A DNA stretch of 64,000 nt, taken from assembly GCA_963758525.1 (NCBI GenBank), contig CAVWVQ010000003.1, positions 4,192,001 to 4,256,000 on the forward strand. The letters run 5' to 3'. The stretch comes from an uncultured Phycisphaerales bacterium (lineage in GTDB: Bacteria > Planctomycetota > Phycisphaerae > Tepidisphaerales > Tepidisphaeraceae). Of this stretch, positions 54,676-64,000 are shown piece after piece (positions within the stretch are counted from its first letter, which is position 1; every line of letters begins with the position of its first letter). Below the pieces are notes generated by a model. That model worked only from the letters and a program-made list of their open reading frames with translations. It had not been told where the DNA came from and made no database searches. The position numbers were made by a program, and so were the translations under genes.

Positions 54676-54891
54676 GGTGCAGGCGCGGTCCGCCTGACTA
54701 AATTGTACGCTCCGCGCCGGGCAACTAAATGATTTACGTGATTACACGCTCCCCACGTTCATTTGGCGGGCCCGAAGCTGGCGCAAACTCGCGCACGTGT
54801 GCGTACTCGCGCGCGTTCATTTAGAATGTTGCCGCCGTCCTCGGTTCTCTTTGCGGACGGCGCCGCGACGTTGAAGGGAAAGGATCACACG

Positions 54892-55332
54892 ATGCGACTG
54901 CTTGCCGGCGTTCTAGCGGGGATTTTGATGTTGAGCGGCTTCACTGATGCCGCGGACACTCCCTCGCCCGACCAGTTGAAGAAAATGTACGACGATGCCC
55001 TGGTGCAACTGAAGAGCGCGCAGGATCGCAAAAACGAGCTCGCCAAGGAGAATGAAGACCTCAAGGCCAAGGCAGAGGAGCTTGGCAAGGATCTTGCCAC
55101 CGCGCAAGCGCAAATGCAGGACCTGAAGCGCGAGGTGGCGGACAATGCCGAAAAGGACTTCTATTTGCGCGCCTATCACACCGCGTGGGAAAACTTCCTG
55201 CGCCGAAACCCCGAGCTTCTGGCGAAATGGAAATTATTTATCCAGAGTGACATCGCCGCCGCGTCGCAAAAGATGCCGGAGATTCTCGATCCAAGCTGGC
55301 CGCAGGAACAGGGGACGGAGTGGTCGGATTGA
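54892..55332 (+). CDS. secreted coiled-coil hypothetical protein
   Basis: RBS-like AAGGA, signal peptide, heptad-rich middle. Confidence 0.7.
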   Translation: MRLLAGVLAGILMLSGFTDAADTPSPDQLKKMYDDALVQLKSAQDRKNELAKENEDLKAKAEELGKDLATAQAQMQDLKREVADNAEKDFYLRAYHTAWENFLRRNPELLAKWKLFIQSDIAAASQKMPEILDPSWPQEQGTEWSD

Positions 55333-55356
55333 CGGAGAGGGCGGGAAACCCGATGA

Positions 55357-55587
55357 GGAAACCCGAATGACGAAACCAGAAACCAGAATCAAGCCCGAAT
55401 GGCGAAATCCGAATGTCGAAACAAATGCAATCTCCCGGCAGTTGCGCTGATGCCGAGCGAGGCGATCGATGCGGTTCCACGCTCGCGGCGCGGGGACGCG
55501 CGCGGAGCGTCCGCTCTCAGTTCACAGTGAAGGCATTCGTCATTCGGGCTTGATTCTGGTTTCTGGTTTCGTCATTCGGGTTTCTCC
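55357..55587. repeat. tandem-heptamer hairpin (CGAATGA/CGAAACC family)
   Basis: gaaacccgaatgacgaaaccagaaaccagaatcaagcccgaat mirrored at ~55535-55587. Confidence 0.85.
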
Positions 55588-55591
55588 CCGA

Positions 55592-56410
55592 CTATCCCTG
55601 CCCGACTTCAATCCGCACATACTTGTCCATCGTCGCGCCCTTGGATTTGAGGTATTCGCCGACGCTTCCCTTGAACTTGTCGGGATTGATGAAGGGCTGA
55701 TCGAGCAGAACGCGTTCTTCGTAGAATGTCCGCATCTTTCCCTCGGCGATCTTTTCGGCAATCGCCTGGGGCTTGCCGGTGGCTTTGGCTTGCTCGATGG
55801 CAATCTGCCGTTCCTTTGCCACAACCTCAGCGGGGAGGCCTTCGCGATTGAGCGACAATGCCAGCGGCTTGGCCGCGGTGATGTGAATGGCCAAATCGCG
55901 GATCAGCTCATCGGGCGTGTTGGACGACACGGAAACGAGCACGCCAATCTTACCGGTGATGGCGTAGAGATAATGGCCGACCTTCCCTTCGGGATTGCTT
56001 ACGACCGCATTCTTGCCCAGCCGGACGTTCTCGCCGGTCTGTCGGGCAACGTCCGAGATATCAGCGACCAGCGCGGATTCCGAGGCAAGATCGACATGCG
56101 GATTGCTGAGCAACAGCGCAGCGGCCTTGGTTCCCAGGGCCAGCACCGGCTCGCTCTTGGCGGTGAAATCGGTGTTGGTGTTGATCTCCACCATCGCCGC
56201 GGATTTGCCGTCGGCAGCGGCGGCAATCACAACGCGCCCTTCGCTGGCGGCACGCGAAAGGATGCTCTCCTTCACCCCTTTTTTGCGGAACGCGTCCATC
56301 GCCTTTTCAATATCGCCGGCCACCTCCGTCAGCATCTTCTTGCATTCCATCATGCCTTGCCCGGTTTTGGCACGCAGCTCGTTGACCAATTTTGCAGTAA
56401 TCTCCGCCAT
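55592..56410 (-). CDS. tsf: elongation factor Ts
   Basis: LVNELRAKTGQGMMECKK, EINTNTDF, LAIHITA, KIAEGK, LLDQPF. Confidence 0.96.
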   Translation of the reverse strand: MAEITAKLVNELRAKTGQGMMECKKMLTEVAGDIEKAMDAFRKKGVKESILSRAASEGRVVIAAAADGKSAAMVEINTNTDFTAKSEPVLALGTKAAALLLSNPHVDLASESALVADISDVARQTGENVRLGKNAVVSNPEGKVGHYLYAITGKIGVLVSVSSNTPDELIRDLAIHITAAKPLALSLNREGLPAEVVAKERQIAIEQAKATGKPQAIAEKIAEGKMRTFYEERVLLDQPFINPDKFKGSVGEYLKSKGATMDKYVRIEVGQG

Positions 56411-56434
56411 GGGAACTCCAATAGGGGAAGGGGT

Positions 56435-56564
56435 GAGGGTTCAGGGTGTCAGGGTTCAGGGGTCAGGAAAGGAACGAACACGCGAACTACTCGCTGCGCT
56501 GCCGGGAACCGAAAGCAACTGCGTTGCTCTTCCTGAACCCTGAACCCTGACACCCTGAACCCTC
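56435..56564. repeat. tandem-heptamer hairpin (GGGTTCA)n / (TGAACCC)n between rpsB and tsf
   Basis: ~35-bp arms at 56435-56469 and 56530-56564. Confidence 0.9.
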
Positions 56565-56586
56565 CACTATGCCGTTACAGGCTCGG

Positions 56587-57426
56587 TCACCGGCACATCA
56601 GTAGTGACAGTGGTGTGGGCGGGCTCCTCGGGGGAAGGCTCTTCGCCTTCCTTTGCCTCGTCGGCGCGGAAAGCGGCTCGCGAGGAGCGCTGCGCGGCGC
56701 GGGGCCGGCGCCGGGTTCATCCGCCTTGTCGATCCGGCCGGTCTTGCCTTCGATGATGCTGTCGGCCAACTCGCGGCAGATGATCTCGACGGCTCGCATC
56801 GCGTCGTCGTTGGCGGGGATCGGCAAGTCGATCAGCTCCGGATCGCTGTCGGTGTCGATCATCGCGATGGTCGGCACCCCCAGCTTGCGCGCTTCCTTCA
56901 CCGCAATGTGCTCGCGCCGCGTGTCAATGATGAACATCACGCCAGGCATCCGCTCCATCTTGCGGATCCCTTCCAGGTTGGCCTTGATCTTATCCATTTC
57001 ACGCTGAAGCGTGGCCTTCATCTTTTTGGAGTATGAATCGATCTGCCCAGTCGCCCAGAGCTTTTCCAGCTCTTCGAGACGATTGAGCCGGGCGCGGATG
57101 GTGCGGAAGTTGGTGAGCGTTCCGCCGAGCCAGCGCTCGTTCACGTAGTGCATCCCGCAGCGCTTGGCTTCCTCTTCCACGGCATGACGTGCCTGGCGCT
57201 TGGTTCCGACAAACAGAACGTCCTTGCCGCCGGCTACGGTGTTCTGCACAAGCTTTTTGGCGCGAAGCAGACCTTTGATGGTCTCGCGCACGTCGATGAT
57301 ATGAATCATGTTCCGCTTGCCGCGGATGTACGGTTCCATCTTCGGGTTCCAGCGGGAAACCCGGTGACCAAAATGCACGCCCGCGTCTACCAGTGATTTG
57401 ACAAGCTCTGCCTGCGACTCAGCCAT
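56587..57426 (-). CDS. rpsB: 30S ribosomal protein S2 (C-terminal tail possibly frameshifted)
   Basis: AGVHFGH, RWNPKM, FVGTKRQ, RWLGGTLTN, IPANDDA. Confidence 0.97.
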   Translation of the reverse strand: MAESQAELVKSLVDAGVHFGHRVSRWNPKMEPYIRGKRNMIHIIDVRETIKGLLRAKKLVQNTVAGGKDVLFVGTKRQARHAVEEEAKRCGMHYVNERWLGGTLTNFRTIRARLNRLEELEKLWATGQIDSYSKKMKATLQREMDKIKANLEGIRKMERMPGVMFIIDTRREHIAVKEARKLGVPTIAMIDTDSDPELIDLPIPANDDAMRAVEIICRELADSIIEGKTGRIDKADEPGAGPAPRSAPREPLSAPTRQRKAKSLPPRSPPTPLSLLMCR

Positions 57427-57540
57427 AAATCATCGAACTTCGACTTTCGTTCCGCGATCGGCGATTGAATCCCACCGGAGGGATAGCCGGTGGAGCTCAA
57501 TCGCTCATCGCAGCCTCAAATCGTCATTCCCTTTTTTTCA

Positions 57541-57741
57541 GCCAGTGCGCCACCAGCGGCCAGGTCGCCGATTTCGCCATAAGGCTTGGGTTCACAAAGA
57601 AGTTGTAAATCAACGCCCGCGTCCAGCCTCTCCTCCAAGTGAAGCCAACCCGTTCGGGCAACGATCAGGTTGCCGAGCGAGTCTTCACCGAGCGCCGGTG
57701 CGGGTGGCCCCTGGCAGGCCAAGCCCGGTAATCTAACTGAC
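57541..57741 (-). ncRNA. candidate structured RNA (6S-like rod or rpsB leader)
   Basis: nested helices with a central bubble and several G-U pairs valid only on the minus strand. Confidence 0.45.
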
Positions 57742-57790
57742 GCCATTTTCCTTTGCAACTGTAGTTACTTATCATCCTTCTTTCGTTCCC

Positions 57791-58927
57791 ATGGCCAAAT
57801 CCCATCCGCAGCTCGACGTGATGGTGCTTGGCGAGCACCCTTGCACTTACTTTGCCGCGATTCTTCTCGCCGCCAGCGCGAAAGTCCGCGCCGCACATTG
57901 CTGTATCCCGGCAAATGCTGACCCGGATCGGCTCGTCCTGATCAATCCCGCGCTTTTCGACTTGCATCCGCTCCTGGCGCCGCTTCGTCGAAAGCTTGAA
58001 ATGACCGCCGTGTACGGCCTGCAGTTTGTTGGAGATGACCCTTCCGTCAGCAGCGAATTTCGCAATAAAGCAGCCCTGTCGTACGTGGCGTCGTACAAAT
58101 CCGTGCGCGCCGCAATGAGCAAGCTCGCGTCGGATCAAGGCGTCCAACTGTTGACGCCCAAAGCTGTGCAGATTCATCGCGCCGATGAGCGTGGCGTGGA
58201 AATGACTGTTGGCAAAGACGCAATGCATCCGCGCTCGCTGATTTTGGGAACGGGTCTGCCGGGCCCTCAGCGGAAGCTGCTGGGACTCCCCGACGGCTGG
58301 GGAGCGGATGTCGTGCATCGTTACACCTATTTGAAGCTCCCGGCCGGTCGATGGGCCGATCCTGGCTCGCGCCCGATCATTCCCATGTCGCTCAACCTGC
58401 GCAACGCGCTGTGCTGGGGCTGGCTGCTTCCCGGTCCGAAAGGGATTCAATTGGCCGTTGAGCAGCCGATCGAAACGATTGGCAAAATGCCGCCAAAAGA
58501 GCTGCTGGGTCATTGGGCTGATGTCTTGCGGTCGCACAACGTGTTGTCCCCGAAAGCGGAGCTGCCGATCGACTCTGCCGAATGGATTGACCTTCCGCTG
58601 GCCGGCGCCCTGGAGCATGAGGGGGTGGCGAATCGAACCCTGCTGATCGGGCCGGAAGGGGGGTTCTACTCCGCCTGCTGCGAGGACATCTATCCCAACT
58701 GCTGGTCGGCCGTCTTCGCGATCGACGCAATCAAAAAAGCGCTGCGGGAACCTCACCTCCAGGACGCCCTGCAGCCTTTCAGCCAAAAGTGGCGCACCAC
58801 CCTCGGCGAATACCTTCGCGGGCCTCAGCAAAACCTTCGCTTCCTGCTCCCGCTGGTCTACCGGAACCAACGAATGACAACCCGGCTCACCGAGTCGATC
58901 CTCCAAGGCAAAAGTGTGATCCGATAA
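57791..58927 (+). CDS. degenerate FAD-dependent oxidoreductase-like (geranylgeranyl reductase fold) protein
   Basis: LDVMVLG..P, WGWLLP, LLIG..GG at GGR-like positions, but GxGxxG and GD are lost. Confidence 0.6.
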   Translation: MAKSHPQLDVMVLGEHPCTYFAAILLAASAKVRAAHCCIPANADPDRLVLINPALFDLHPLLAPLRRKLEMTAVYGLQFVGDDPSVSSEFRNKAALSYVASYKSVRAAMSKLASDQGVQLLTPKAVQIHRADERGVEMTVGKDAMHPRSLILGTGLPGPQRKLLGLPDGWGADVVHRYTYLKLPAGRWADPGSRPIIPMSLNLRNALCWGWLLPGPKGIQLAVEQPIETIGKMPPKELLGHWADVLRSHNVLSPKAELPIDSAEWIDLPLAGALEHEGVANRTLLIGPEGGFYSACCEDIYPNCWSAVFAIDAIKKALREPHLQDALQPFSQKWRTTLGEYLRGPQQNLRFLLPLVYRNQRMTTRLTESILQGKSVIR

Positions 58928-59264
58928 CCGTCCGGTCTGATAATACCAGTCCTGTAACAGGTACCGGATGTGCTGGTTGCGTAGTCTGGGTAGTCTGGAT
59001 AGCATGGGGTAGATCATTCGCGCAGTTATCGGACGGGAAATGTGAATAATTCTGCGCGTGGGCTTTCTGGTAAATCGTTAAGTATCATAATTACATGACT
59101 TTAGATATCGTTTTCGATGCCCTGCGAACGCTGAAGTAAACGCAAAGTTCGCGTCGATACGAAGAGCATCGACTGAAGCCAGAGGTCGAGCGGCGCGGTG
59201 ATGGAATCGCCGGCCGAAGTGAGTCGCCGGGATGGCATCCTGGCAACCTTCCGTGGGAGAGTCC

Positions 59265-59543
59265 ATGAACCCTGTGAACAGTCTCGGTCAGAACACGCCG
59301 GTCCAGAAGATCGTCACGAATCCGATTTCGAAGTCGATCCCCGCCGATGCGCCCAAGCAGTTGCCCGCCACCGACAAGCTCGAGCTTTCGGGCGTCAGCC
59401 ATCTGCTCAGCCGGCTGAAAAGCAACGACATCCGTACGGACAAGGTCGCCGCCGTCAAATCTCAAATTGAATCCGGGACGTACGAAGACGACGCGAAGCT
59501 CGATGCCGCCACCGATCGGCTGCTCGACGATCTGCTGAAGTAA
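59265..59543 (+). CDS. flgM: anti-sigma-28 factor
   Basis: DKLELS...DIRTDKVAAVKSQIESGTY signature. Confidence 0.85.
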   Translation: MNPVNSLGQNTPVQKIVTNPISKSIPADAPKQLPATDKLELSGVSHLLSRLKSNDIRTDKVAAVKSQIESGTYEDDAKLDAATDRLLDDLLK

Positions 59544-59624
59544 ACCGGGGCTGGACCGCGAAATCGTCCCTCTTCCTGCAATCGCGTCGATCAGCAAATC
59601 GAAGCCGCGGATGTACATCCGCGG

Positions 59625-61057
59625 CTACGGGGGCGGTGGCGCGACCGGAAGGGTGCGGGGCGCGGTTCGTGGCTGCGTGGTGAGCGGATAGACCGCATCC
59701 CGCTGATACCAGCGAAAGGTAAAGTGCAGCCCCACCGTGTCTGATCGAAAAGCGCCCCCATCGTCCTTTCCGTCATTTCCGACACTGTAGAGGATCGGCG
59801 GCTTTGCTCGCGGGAGATACCCGAAGGTCCTGCCATCCGCCCGCATCGGATCAGCGGGAAGGGTCGTCACATATTTGGGGATAAGCTCGGAAAGCTGGTC
59901 CGGCAAGCTGCCGTCGTGATCGAGCGCAAACAGCCGCAGCGCTACCACGATGGCTGTTGCGCGGCGGTCGGCGAGATAGCGAAACCGACCGTCATCGGCA
60001 TACGGATGGAAGCTGACGGCGCCGCTCGCATAAACCAGCCGCGCAGCTTGTTCGATTGGCGCTTGCGAGTCGTAGTCAATCATCGGCACCGTCAGCAGAA
60101 TCGCACGGCACGCCGGAACGTTCGGACAATTTAAAGCCCGGCCGTACGCGGTGTAGTAGGCCGTATGACGCATGAATTTCCGAGCGAACATCGGTTGCAG
60201 CGCCCACATGATCGCACGTGGCATCCGACCCGTGGCGCCGGGCAGCCACACCTCCGCCTGGCGCGGCAGCATGTCCAGCGAGAGCATTCGCTCTCCTTCC
60301 ATCGCGCAAACGCGCCCTGAATCAAAGTCGCTCTCGTCGAGCAGGTCGTTGAGATATGCCCGCAGATGCGCCGCGGCCGCTGGCTCCGAAGGCGAACCGA
60401 GACTGTTTGCCAGCGCCAGCGCTCGATTCAGGCCGGGGCCGTCGATCTCCATGGAGAGATCGAGGATTCGCAGAAAAGGCGCCTCGTTTTGCAGCGCGCG
60501 GGCCTCGGCACGGACGTCACGGAGCAGTTCAATCGCCTCGGTATCCCGTCCGAGCAGGAACTCCGCCGACGCGGAACTGACGAGTTGCTTGGCCAGCCCC
60601 TTGAGTCGGTCAGACTTGCCGTTCAACATTGGCTTGCCATAGGCGACGGGATGCACAAATCGCGTGCCCCAGTCCACGTCCTTCCTTTGCCGCGCGGATC
60701 GAACCAACTCTCTCACCGGCAGCGACGCCGCGACCACAGGCTCATCGTTCGACGTGTCAACGATCGGACAGGCATCGGCGGCCGCGAAGTAAGCCTCGGC
60801 GGCGTTGTCCGATGCGGGAACGGCGCCAACCGGATTAAACTCCTCGGGAAGAACCGGCTCGCGGCGAGACGCGCATCGGCGATGATCGCCTCGATTCGTC
60901 GCTGTGCGTCGAGGCTCCACCAGCAACGGATCGCCACGAGCACCGCGAAGACGCACACGCCGACAAGCACGCTCCGCTGGAGCCACCAATAACGTTTCGG
61001 ACGCGGCACCGCGTCTGGCTCAATGGAGACCACCGGCGTGGATGATTGGGTATCCAT
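59625..61057 (-). CDS. membrane-anchored helical protein with pilin/GspG-like C-terminus, paralog 1 (frameshift near 60868)
   Basis: RYWWLQR plus TM; ALRLFALDHDGSLPDQLSELIPKY..LPADPM..FGY..LYSVGNDGKDDGG. Confidence 0.7.
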
Positions 61058-61106
61058 GGGCACCGGCGATTGTAGCGTACGGTGCGCTGTGGAGAGTGAC
61101 TACCTC

Positions 61107-61985
61107 ATGAGCAACGCCATCCCCAGCAACACCTCCGGCATCGAGCGGGCGCAAGGCGAAGTGCTCTGCCCCGCATGTCAATATTCGCTGCGTGGCATCG
61201 AAAGCGATCGCTGCCCCGAATGCGGCACGCACATCGACCGCGCGTTGCTCTTCGCGGGACAAATCCCCTGGATCTACCGCGGTGTGATCGGATCGCTGCC
61301 GGCTTATTGGCGCACGGTCTGGCTCGTCGTCTGCAGCCCCGCCAAAGTCGCCAACGTCATTCATCGACCCGTGAGCTACCGCGACGCGCGGCTCTTTCAA
61401 CACGCCACCGTATTGCTGGCTTCCATTCCCGCGATGGCTTTTGTGAACTGCGGATTGTCGGAGACAGAACTGTTCCACGTGCGAGCTTTCTCCGCGCATC
61501 CTCTTGGATGGCTGCTCGAACTCGGCCTGCTGCCGGTCATATGTTTTGCGCTGTGGCTCTTCCTGCTGACCGCCACCGGCGCGCCAGCTTACTTCTTTCA
61601 TCCTCGGTCCATCCCCGTCGAACAGCAGAACCGCGCCATTGCCCTGAGCTATTATGCTTCCGCGCCGCTCGCGCTGACGCCGATTCTGGCCGCCTTGATC
61701 GGCTGCTTCATTTTTCTCAAAGCTCCTGCACACGCTCACGCCAAGACGCCGGCCGATGCATATGCCGTCGCGACCGTCGGCGCCCTGCTGCTCATCTTGA
61801 TCGTGATCTCTCTGTGGCGCGGTCCGCTGATATTCCTCGCCCGCACCACCAACTGCTCAGCGATCCGCCTGTGGGGATTGGCGCTGTATCTGCCGTGCAG
61901 TTGGGCGGTGCTCGCCTGTCTGATCCTCGGGGGGATTCCGGCGGCGTATGTGTTTGTCTCGATGTTTATTTTGAGCCTGCCGTAG
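61107..61985 (+). CDS. Zn-knuckle plus multi-TM membrane protein, paralog 1
   Basis: CPACQYSLRGIESDRCPECG...QIPW...AYW, then hydrophobic helices. Confidence 0.75.
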   Translation: MSNAIPSNTSGIERAQGEVLCPACQYSLRGIESDRCPECGTHIDRALLFAGQIPWIYRGVIGSLPAYWRTVWLVVCSPAKVANVIHRPVSYRDARLFQHATVLLASIPAMAFVNCGLSETELFHVRAFSAHPLGWLLELGLLPVICFALWLFLLTATGAPAYFFHPRSIPVEQQNRAIALSYYASAPLALTPILAALIGCFIFLKAPAHAHAKTPADAYAVATVGALLLILIVISLWRGPLIFLARTTNCSAIRLWGLALYLPCSWAVLACLILGGIPAAYVFVSMFILSLP

Positions 61986-62009
61986 CGGCAAATTTCAGAT
62001 ATTCCGTCG

Positions 62010-63449
62010 CTACTGAGCATTCTTCGTGGACGAGGAAGCGGGTTGAAGAGTGAGTCTGCACACAGCGTCGCGTTGCTGCCAGCGATAACCGGACAAAGCG
62101 CCGGGCGACACCGGTGCGGTCGATCCGCCGTCGTCGATGCCATCGAAGCCCACGCTATAGAGGATCGGGGGATTGACCTGCGGCAGATACCCAAACGGCT
62201 TCCCGTCGCCGCGCATCGGATCGGCCGGCACGACCGAAAGATAAGTTGGGGCGAGCTCTGAGAGCGTCGGAGGCAAATTGCCGTCATGGTCGAGCTGATA
62301 CATCCGCAGTGCCAGCATTGTCGCGCAGAGGCGGCGGTTGGCCGAATCTACGAATAGCGCCTGAAAAAACCGCACGCGATTCATCCGGGGTTTGTCGAGC
62401 CCGCGAGCCATGATCTCCAAACTGGAGCGCTCCCCGACAACGACGCTCGATGGGGCGGGAAGTGCCGCCAGGGCAGCTGGAAGATTTGCGCTCGTCTCGG
62501 CACGCAGAACCGGATCCACCTGCGAGACATCGGCCAGCGCAGTGCGCAGGAACATCGGTCGGAAAATTGCCGCCAGGCGTGGATCCAGACTGATGATGTG
62601 TCGCGCGTTGGCGACCTGGGTGTTTCGCGCCCGTCCGCGAGCTGCCACATCTTCACCGCCTGCAATCCGCGGACAAGGCTCTCGCGCTGATCACTCTCAT
62701 CCAAAAGCTCACCGATCAACGCTCGCATCTCCGATCCGAGCGGAGAATCGCTCGCGTGCGGGCCCGTGCGCGCAAGATCCGGCGCTATCAAATACGTTTG
62801 CTCCGCTGCAAATTCATCTATCGCTGTCGCCACCAACAACGGTAAGACTGAATCCGGTTGCGCCTCCATCGCTCCGGCGAGGTGACGAATATCTCGAAGC
62901 GTGGCGACCGCTTCCGTGTCATGCCCCAGCGAAAATTCTCCTCTTGCGGAGTAGGCCAGCACGACGGCCAACTGACGGAGGTGACTCAATTGAGCATAGC
63001 GGGGAGATGGCCATTGCCTTGGTGGCAGCGGATCGTATCGCTCACCCCAATCGACCAAACGCTGAGAACGGGCCGCGCGTGCGAGAGACCGGGCCGAAAC
63101 ATTGGTTGCGGCGATACTCTGCATTCCGCCGAGATCGTCGTCGTTTGCCGGCTCCACGAATTGGACGGCCGCCGCGGCGTTCGTCAGTGTCACAGCCGAG
63201 TTTTCCGACGAGGGGACGTCAGCCGTCGGCTGGAAATCCTCCGGCAGAATCGGCTCGCCCCGCGCGCTGCGCCGCTGCGATCAGCGAATTGACCTGACGG
63301 CGTGCGTCGAATCCCCACCACCATCGCAATCCCGCCAGCAGAGCGACCGCGGCTGCTCCCGCCAGAACCCCACGTTTGAGCCAGCGGTATCGCGGCGGCG
63401 TTTCGCCAATCGACGAGCTAGTGGCGCGGATAGGGGGCCAAAGGCGCAT
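62010..63449 (-). CDS. membrane-anchored helical protein with pilin/GspG-like C-terminus, paralog 2 (frameshifts near 63250 and 62630)
   Basis: RYRWLKR plus TM; ALRMYQLDHDGNLPPTLSELAPTY..PADPM..FGY..LYSVGFDGIDDGG. Confidence 0.7.
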
Positions 63450-63536
63450 GTGGTTGAGCATTGTACGCCAACGCCAACAATCCCCACCTTCGCCGCTTGC
63501 GCCTTCGCCTCCACGCGGCTGAGCTGAGAGCGATTG

Positions 63537-63652
63537 CTCCCTCTCCCGGTACGCCGGGAGAGGGCGGGGGTGAGGGTGATTTTGAACGTCTGGCGCCGCT
63601 GGTCTCGAAATCCCCTCACCCCAATCCTCTCCCGGCGTACCGGGAGAGGGGG
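63537..63652. repeat. CCCTCTCCC-type REP doublet
   Basis: ccctctcccggtacgccgggagagg mirrored by cctctcccggcgtaccgggagaggg. Confidence 0.85.
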
Positions 63653-63799
63653 TGATGAAACAAGCTCCAAACGCGCGAGCGTCCGCGCCGATAGGGCGGC
63701 GCCGACGGAGGCCGCGCGGCACGCGAAGCCGCGAGCGGCTGTCCCCGCGCGGCTGTCTCTCTTCGCTGCATCACCTCCCCGGCGGTAAGCTGCGTTGCG

Positions 63800-64000
63800 A
63801 TGCGTGACGTTCCACCAAACGGGATGCCGGGCGCGGCGGCAACCGACGATCTGCACTGCCTTGCCTGCGGATATTCTCTTCGCGGCATCGACAGCGAGCG
63901 CTGCCCGGAATGCGGCGCTGCCATCGATCGCGAGGCGCTCGCCGTGCCCCAAATTCCCTGGGCAAATCGAAAGGCAACCGGCTCCTTCCGCGCTTACTGG
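63800..64000 (+). CDS. Zn-knuckle membrane protein, paralog 2 (runs off window)
   Basis: CLACGYSLRGIDSERCPECG...QIPW...AYW. Confidence 0.75.
   Translation, partial: MRDVPPNGMPGAAATDDLHCLACGYSLRGIDSERCPECGAAIDREALAVPQIPWANRKATGSFRAYW

Noticed and set aside
59131..59160. sigma-28 promoter for flgM
   Set aside because: GTCGATAC resembles the -10 box, but spacing to TAAA/TGAAG is off consensus.

Overview
GC-rich bacterial chromosome segment, most likely Planctomycetota and probably Phycisphaerae-like. This is inferred from a LEPR-XLL-type leader on a secreted peroxidase, a DUF1559/H-X9-DG-type protein and planctomycete-style Zn-ribbon membrane proteins. Housekeeping genes include sthA, acs, adk, efp, a DEAD-box helicase, yidC-mnmE, nfo, GSII, dapF, a cls-like gene, mrp, rsmE, nadE, tsf-rpsB and flgM. 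They are interleaved with a second type II FAS/PKS-like cluster (extended ACP plus apparent active/degenerate pairs of ketosynthase and dehydratase) and several small toxin-antitoxin-like cassettes. One intact IS1202/ISNCY-type element has a 17-bp target duplication. The non-coding layer is very rich: GTAG-type REP doublets, MITE-like elements (two identical 143-bp copies carry a REP doublet), hairpins built from tandem 7/8-mers (one arm sits in frame inside a gene), ~125-bp inverted repeats bracketing mnmE, and a ~200-nt 6S-like structured RNA upstream of rpsB. The window ends in a tandemly duplicated divergent gene pair of unknown function. Many genes carry apparent single-base frameshifts, most likely long-read consensus errors. 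All family calls come from motif recognition by eye; no searches were run.
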